Below, piece by piece: positions 56,901 through 64,000 of a DNA stretch of 64,000 nt (position 1 is its first letter; each line of letters opens with the position of its first letter). Source of the DNA: Lama glama (taxonomy: Eukaryota); contig CM052817.1 of the NCBI GenBank assembly GCA_028534125.1, positions 89,716,001-89,780,000 on the forward strand, read 5' to 3'. Under the pieces are notes generated by a model. That model saw nothing but the letters and a program-made list of their open reading frames with translations, was not told the DNA's origin and ran no database searches. The position numbers and the translations under genes are program-made.

Positions 56901-58609
56901 AGTTCCACTAAAATTCCTTTCCAAATTTTCATTAGTCAACATAGAAGCAATCAGAGCAGCCTTCATAAAGTTAGAGACTTCAACTGTTTTTTAATTTGGC
57001 CTCCTCTTGATGTTGGCAAAACATCAATGAGGAGATACAGAAAGTAAGAGAGTAGAAAAGCCCAAATGAAACAAGAAGCAGCAAGCATGTGTTTGAATTT
57101 TTTCTTTGCTTGTTTGTTTGTTTGTCCTTTTTTATGTTCTTGTTTCTGAAATAAAGGAACATTTTTCATTGTTTCTCAGTAAGAAACACAGAGTAAAGGC
57201 AGAGAGAAATATCCATGAATTAACACAAAGAGGGCTAACACAATAATTAAGGTGAAATCATGCAGGACAAGACACAGAAGATAGAGTATAACAGGGCAAA
57301 ATAAACAGAAAACTTTAGGAACCAAACCTGAAATCTGACTTCCTCATTACACGTATCTAGAGTAATATTTATCCTTACTAAGGAAACAAAGTAGATGGAG
57401 GCACTACATTATACAGCTGGCTATCTGAATCAATGTCATAGCCTTTTGATAAAGTTGTGCCATTTAACCAAAGTGTCATTCATAGTTTTATTCAAGAACT
57501 TCTTTCCTTTTCGTAACAACCTTGGCTAAAACAAACAAACAAAAATCATGATACAGAAATTCTAAGAATCTTTAGGGACCGTTCATCATCCAAGATAAGG
57601 ATTAGTTTCACTGGCTAACATAAGTAACTCAGCCTTACCAACACATGCCCTCAATCACAATATAAACTCATTCTTCACTTTAAAAATATGTCTACTGAAT
57701 TATTATTGTTCTTTCAGGGGCAAAATAGCAAACAGCTGTGAAAAAATAATTGCATTCCTTTCAGACTTACTCTTGGCTTTGATCTTAAATGATCAAACTC
57801 TTGAAGAGGACATGTGCAAATATTTTAGACTTAATATATAATATCCAATTTCTTCTTAAGAGAGAATAGGAAGTTAATGGATACCATTCAATATAATTAT
57901 TTTAGTTTATTTTTAATTAATGAAATTGCCAAGCAATCCTTCTTGAAAACCATTATTACAAGTCCAGAGAGTATAACACCAATTGTTTCATTTTGATTAT
58001 TAAATCTTATAAAAATGTTAGATCTAGTTTCTGTTCTCAGAAGATAAGATTTGTCTCTTCTACACTATTAGATTTATTTATTCTTATTACCTTGGTTCTT
58101 TCAAGGTAAAGATGAAAGAGGTCAAGTCATTTTGGTGAACACAGCTGATGAAATATTCTAGGTATACACTGTTAAATGAGACAAAAAAAGAGGAAAACAT
58201 CTTAGCAGGTCTTATTAAGAATGCAAACATCTTTCAGGGTACAAGAGTGACTTTACTGTTACTGTGACACAGCATATCTGGTTGTTTCCTCTTTCCATTT
58301 CCTACTAAAGATTATTGTCATTACTTCAAACACAAAACTCCTCAGTGAGCTCTGATTGTGCCTTAATCATCTTCCCATATAAGGCATATCTGTTGGACAG
58401 TGTTCTTAGACCTTGTAGATGACTAATTTATAAATAGTTGCCTATGATGTAAGCTCTGATTTCTTCTCTGATAATTTATAAACCTGAGGTGTGGCATTCA
58501 CATAATGAAAGGCACAGTGGCCTATACATAGGGAATTGTCCACAACCGATTTGCTGCCCCATAAACTTTATACCTAAGTTGTGGATGGTCTTACACCACT
58601 AGCCTTCCA

Positions 58610-59165
58610 GGTATAAATATTCATGGACAGAATACTCTGCTGCAGTCTCTGTGATGGATGCACTAAATACAAAAACACATAGAAATCTTGTCTTCAAAGA
58701 ATTTATGAGGATAAAGAAAAGGCACATAGGGAAAAGATTACAAACACAGTAGGGAGAGGGGGAAATGCTAACAGAGGTATGTCTGAGATAAAAATTTGCC
58801 TTGACTTAGGGAAATTGTATGGAGAGCAAGATGGAAAGAGGTAGTCTAAGAAAGAGTCACAGTAGTGATAATATTTAGAGAAAAGGGTTGGGGTATAGGG
58901 GAGGGCCTGTGGTTGGTATGGAAAATAGTTATCTTAGAGATGATGATTTCAAAGAAATTCAAATGGCTTCTGTGGATGGCAATTAAGATACAGATGAAGA
59001 AAATGTGGAAGATGAACTTGAAAACATGGGTAGAATGGAGGTGTTGATAATCCTTGTATGTAACATTAAAGGACTATTGTTTTTATCTACAGAAATAGGG
59101 GATTATCAGGATTTTTAAATAGAGGTTCCACAAATATATTGTTTGGCTTCACTTTAGCAACCATC
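58610..59165 (-). mobile_element. L2 fragment
   Basis: ataaatattcatggacagaatactctgc...aaatcttgtcttcaaagaattta...ccttgtatgtaacattaaaggact. Confidence 0.55.
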
Positions 59166-60014
59166 TTACTCATACCTAAACATTTCCACTCACTAATTAC
59201 TACTCTCCTTACTGCCCTCTCCACACACAGGGACAGCCTACATCTGAACCTTTATTCCAATGATGTGCTTTGCCTGAAATTCCCACACTATTCCTCTCTT
59301 CCAGTCCAAGTCCTGTATTTATTTCCAAATCTACTCAATGGAATAACTTAAATGGCATGCTCTTACCTTTCTTTCTTTCTTCATTCCCCCAACATATTTT
59401 TTATCTTATAAGTAACTAATGCATACATAGGTGAGTGAGAACAGTGCTGATACTTGTGCTTAGCAACACTGGGTGTTTATTATACTTGTATGCAATGTGC
59501 TTGTTTATTTAATTTTCATATTGTCTGGAATAACTCTACACTTCCTAATCAGAATCTTTGATGGAATAACCACAGCATGTTTTGTTTTGTTTTACTGCTT
59601 TTTAATGAAAGAATAACTATTGATTCTGTTGCAAAATATCAGTTTGAGTAACCATCATGTAAATGTTTCCTTCTATATAAATGTACACATCAAAAACAAA
59701 AATCTTTTTTTAAAAGTCTTTAAAAACTATATAGTCTAATTTTTAAATTTTATATGTCTTCTCAGGTTTCTCACTAAATAAATTATAAACTATCAAGGAA
59801 AAAGAACAATTTTACTTTTTTATGTTTCTATGACCCCTATGAGTATTAGATATACCTTTGTCTTAAATTATAAATCTTCATGTGACTTTTAAATTCTGAA
59901 TAAATACTTCCCTCTATTCATGCAGTACACATCAAGTCTTTTGAGGCAGCGTCATCTTTAAGGTTGAAAAATACCTTTGTTTGAGTTTATCCACATGGGA
60001 ATTATGACAAAAAC

Positions 60015-60620
60015 AAAGTATCCTGAATCCTATTGTGTGGGCTGTACATAGTGGCTTCCTTCCAAAGGGCATGGAAAGAAGGAAAAATAGTAACTTTACA
60101 GTGACTAATCCTGACAAACACTACCTCAAGCAGATGCTCAAGTCAACATCAACAGCTATAAATGATGCTGATAGTATGTACCCTTGATATGAAATGGTTC
60201 TTTACCATTGTGGTCTTCCTCCTAATAGTCTACAACCTAGCCTTATAATGATAAAACCAACAGACAAATCCCAATAATGAAGCATCCTACAAAATAGCTA
60301 ACAAGTACTCGAAAACAAGGAATGTCTGAGAACCTGTCACAGTCAAGAGAAGCCTAAGAACACAGGACAACTAAATGTAATGTGGTATCTTAGATGGGAT
60401 CCTGGAACAGAAAAAGGACATTAGATTAAAAATAAAGAAATTCTGAATACAGTATGGACTTTAATTAATAATAATATATTAATATTGGTTCATTAATTTA
60501 AATAATAAACCATGCTTATGTAAGAAGCTAATAATAGGGGAAACTAGGTGTAAGGTATATGACAATTTCCTATCTTTCCAATTTTTCTGCAAATCTAAAA
60601 CTGTTCTAAAATAAAATAAA
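60015..60620 (+). mobile_element. L1MC-type 3' UTR
   Basis: gtgtgggctgtacatagtggcttccttccaaag, caactaaatgtaatgtggtatcttagatgggatcctggaacagaaaaaggacatt, end aaatctaaaactgttctaaaataaaa. Confidence 0.85.
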
Positions 60621-60629
60621 TTATGAAAA

Positions 60630-61420
60630 ACAAGTTACAGACTGGGAGAAGATATTTGCAATGCACATAATTAATAATGAACTAGTATCTCCAAAGTGTT
60701 AAACAGAGAGGAAGAAAAGGGGAGAGGAGGGGACAGAAAGAGAGAGAAAGGCCAGGGGTGTGGGGGGCGGGGAGGTGGGGAGGAACCTAACAACCAAGAA
60801 AGGAGAAAAAAAACTCAGAAAACACTTTGGAAAAATGAAAAAAAAAAAAACTAGAAAAATTTAGAGAGTAAACTGTCTGCTCTCATGCACACCAATAGGA
60901 TTGTAACTGATAAAACCACTTTAAAGAACAATTTGGCCATAAAGAAATTTGGAATGTGCTCTTACTCTACACTCAATAATCATCTCTCACTTTTGCATAA
61001 AGAGCTACCTTCATAATGTTTATTGTAACACTAATTGTAATATTTGGAAAGAAACCAAATGTCTTAGAAAGTAGAAAGACAAAACTATAGTATGTTTATA
61101 AGATGCAGTATTAGATGGCGATTTAAATAAACAAACTAGAACTACAAATAACAATGGAAATAAATCAAACTTCATAAAGTTACACAAACAAGGACAATAG
61201 CTGAACAATATAATCAGATTAAGATAATCTGTAGAAGTTCAAAAACATGGAATACAATAATTTTATTTTACTCATACATACCAATGTATTACAATTAGGA
61301 GTGAAAACATCAAATTCATAATTAAGAGTACCTCTGAGAGTGAGAAAAGGAGAGGAGAATGGAATTTGAGAAAAGTAAACAAGGGAATTTAGTTCAATCT
61401 ATTTTATTTTATTTCTCTAA
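60630..61420 (+). mobile_element. Ancient L1 (L1ME-like) ORF2 end and 3' UTR
   Basis: acagactgggagaagatatttgcaatgcac; ttgtaactgataaaaccactttaaagaacaatttggc. Confidence 0.55.
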
Positions 61421-61439
61421 CAAAAAATTCTGGTAAATA

Positions 61440-64000
61440 CCATGGCTACATTCTCCACTTTAAATCCAACTCAGAACCTGCAGATGGGATCCCAAAAATG
61501 ATTTGGCAGAAGTAAGAAAAACGTGAAGAATCAAATCCCTTGAATCTCTGTCTATAGTGCACAATTAAGAGAGGCAAATAAAATTTCACATTATCCCTTC
61601 CTTTCAAGTTCAGATCCATTGGTTATTTATCCTTTCTCTCCCAGGGATAGCTACTGCTTTCTTGGTTGTCTCAGTTTATGTCCTAAAAACTTGGCTTCAT
61701 TTTCTACCTGCCTGAGACACACAGGCTGTCAGTTCTTTCTTTTGGCTATCTTTGGGAGGGACTCTGGATCTTGGGAAGGTACCAACCTTTTTTAGACTCT
61801 TTGAAGATGCCTCTTGAGTCCATGGAGGTATCTAATACTGCCAAAAATATTTACTGTTTATCTTGGCTGAAATCTGACAAAATATCTGAAAGGATTTAAT
61901 AACCCTATAACCAAAAATTTAGCCAAAAGGGTAGCTAATATTCAGAACCTGATATGAATTCTTTTAGGTCTTTTCTTCTAAGCTAAATGTACACGGGGTA
62001 AGGGGGGAAGCTTTAGCCATCTGAACAGATAAACTTAACTTATTTCAACTGTTCTTTTAAAACTAGTGAGTTCTGTAGTATTGTACTTGATTCATAGCAG
62101 AAATTTTAAATTAAAAGTTTGCTTGCATCTGATGCATGTTTACGTGTGTCGATATATGTGTTGTAGATATGTGATAGTTTCTACCTCCAGATGGTATTAC
62201 TAAAATTTGTAAAAGAAAAAATCTCTATTTACTGACGTAAAGAAAGTCAAACACTTATATGAATTAAGTACTCATAAAATTCCCAGAAATATAATAGAAA
62301 TTTCATCCAAATGCTTTTCAGGTTTACATGGTCAGGGAAAGTATTTGATATTAAAGCCGGTTTAAGTATCAATACTGATTACTGATATCAATACTGAATA
62401 TAATACAATCATTTAAGTTTTATTCAACCTGAGTTTGTCAAATAAGTTCATGTTACAAAATCTGTATGCAAGAAAAATAACTTGGTACGATTACATTTTC
62501 ATAAGCAATCTAAACATAGTTATTAAAAACAAATAAATTAAATAGATGTAAGTAGGATAAAAAGTTTTAGATAAACTTTTAAAAATAGCTTCCCAAAATC
62601 TTTTGGTAAACTAGAACCTCAGAGTCTTGCTGAGTTCAGTTAAAAAGTGAATTAAGTTAAATTCATTGAATATACAAATTATTTCCAACTAAGCTAAAAC
62701 AATGAAACATTAAATAACTGACCACAGGCTTATTCACTTTTTAATTCCTTTTACAGAGGGACTAACGATATTTGGGTCTCTTAGTAAACATGTGTTATGC
62801 CATGCTGAGATTATTTTCTATGAGAAAGCATATGTTTCTAGAAATTATCAAAATTATTTATAAAGTTGCCAAGCTACATAATGCTACCATAAAATAAAGT
62901 TCACAATTGTTTACTTCTTAGCTTTCACTGGAAATTAAAGGTTTCTATGGGTTTAAAATGTAGTATGTGTGGTTAAGGCTACTAGGAATAATAAGAAAGG
63001 AATCTGCATGTGCAAGAAAAATAAGATGCATGTTTTCAGTAAAAGAAGATATGAGGGATAGAAATGCATTTTGTTGAGAGAGAGAAAAAAAAAAGTAACT
63101 TTGTCCTAAGAAAGGTTGGTTATTTAAGAATAGGAAAGAGAAAAAACATAGAACAAAATCTGAATGTAAAAAATAAAGTTGTAGAAGTTTTGTGGAAAAG
63201 GAGTCTTTGGAAAGGAATTTCATTCATGGTCAGGAATGAGACTGGAATGAAAACTGAATGAATAAATTTTGCTGTTAAAAGTAAACTGGTATAAGGTTAG
63301 AATTCTGTTTTCTCTCTGCTAAAAGAACTAAGTTTGTTTGCACTATTGGGTCTGCACTTGACAAAAGATTATGAAAGGTTTTTCTTTACCTTTTGAAGTA
63401 ATCTGCCTATTAAAACAAAATAAAAGAAGTCTCTTCTATCAAAATAGCTTCCTATGCTTCCTACTGTCTTTATCAGGTCTTTGATTATTTAAGAAACAGA
63501 GTCTTTTGCTCAGAACTATGTAATCTTCTAAGTTTGCCTGTGAAAAATTTTTTGTCACTTTGGTTAAGTAGATAATTAAAAATTGTTTCATTATAATCTG
63601 TGATTAAATTTAGTCAAGTATCCAAAACCTTTCACTATTTTTTTTACAAACTTCCCAAAAATCAGATTCTAAATTAAATTTCTTGGACCAAAAAATAACT
63701 TTGAGAATTTTTCAGGGGACCCCTTGAACATCTCAAAAGATTTTTTTATAAAAGAGATTTTAAACTAATTTGGCTTACTTGATATGTTAAATTGCATGGG
63801 AAGCACTGTTCAACAAGGAGAAATACTAAGATTTCTTTATGCTATATTTGCATAGCTATATGTTACAAGTTTTCCAGAGATTGTATGAAATTCCTAGAAA
63901 TCTGAATCTGATATGTCCTTGTACTATCAGTCATAATTCTGGTTGTTATCTTAAAATGTGTGTCAGAGAAATAACCAAATATTCTTGTCAACTTCATTAT
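61440..64000 (+). mobile_element. ERV1 MER4-group non-autonomous internal region, running off the window
   Basis: ttttggctatctttgggagggactctggatcttggg, aaactagtgagttctgtagtattgtac, ggttttctttaccttttgaagtaatctgccta and long AT-rich non-coding sequence typical of MER4/MER34-group internals. No 5' LTR recognised. Confidence 0.7.

Noticed and set aside
62341..62375. Imperfect palindrome centred on gccgg
   Set aside because: Short, AT-rich, gapped and inside an ERV internal region; likely chance.

Overview
AT-rich, CpG-depleted mammalian genomic DNA made up largely of transposable-element relics (L1, L2, MIR, MaLR/ERVL/ERV1 LTR elements, hAT and TcMar fossils). I could not identify any host protein-coding gene, RNA gene or CpG island. 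The ORFs in the track are L1 ORF2 fragments or chance ORFs, so the window looks intronic or intergenic. The youngest L1 3' UTRs resemble cetartiodactyl, probably camelid, L1s, and I saw no young lineage-specific SINE; both points are from memory, not a search. The most interesting structures are: (1) a TSD-flanked L1 with a full 5' UTR and ORF2 but no ORF1, nested inside ORF1 of an older L1MB; (2) an unidentified ~360-bp polyadenylated retro-insertion with a 26-bp target duplication inside an L2; (3) a twin-primed L1 with an overlap duplication that splits a MIR; (4) an MLT1A locus where both LTRs are followed by the same genomic flank; (5) an ancient local duplication near 33.5 and 37.2 kb. 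Repeat subfamily names are recalled from consensus sequences, and boundaries of old elements are approximate.
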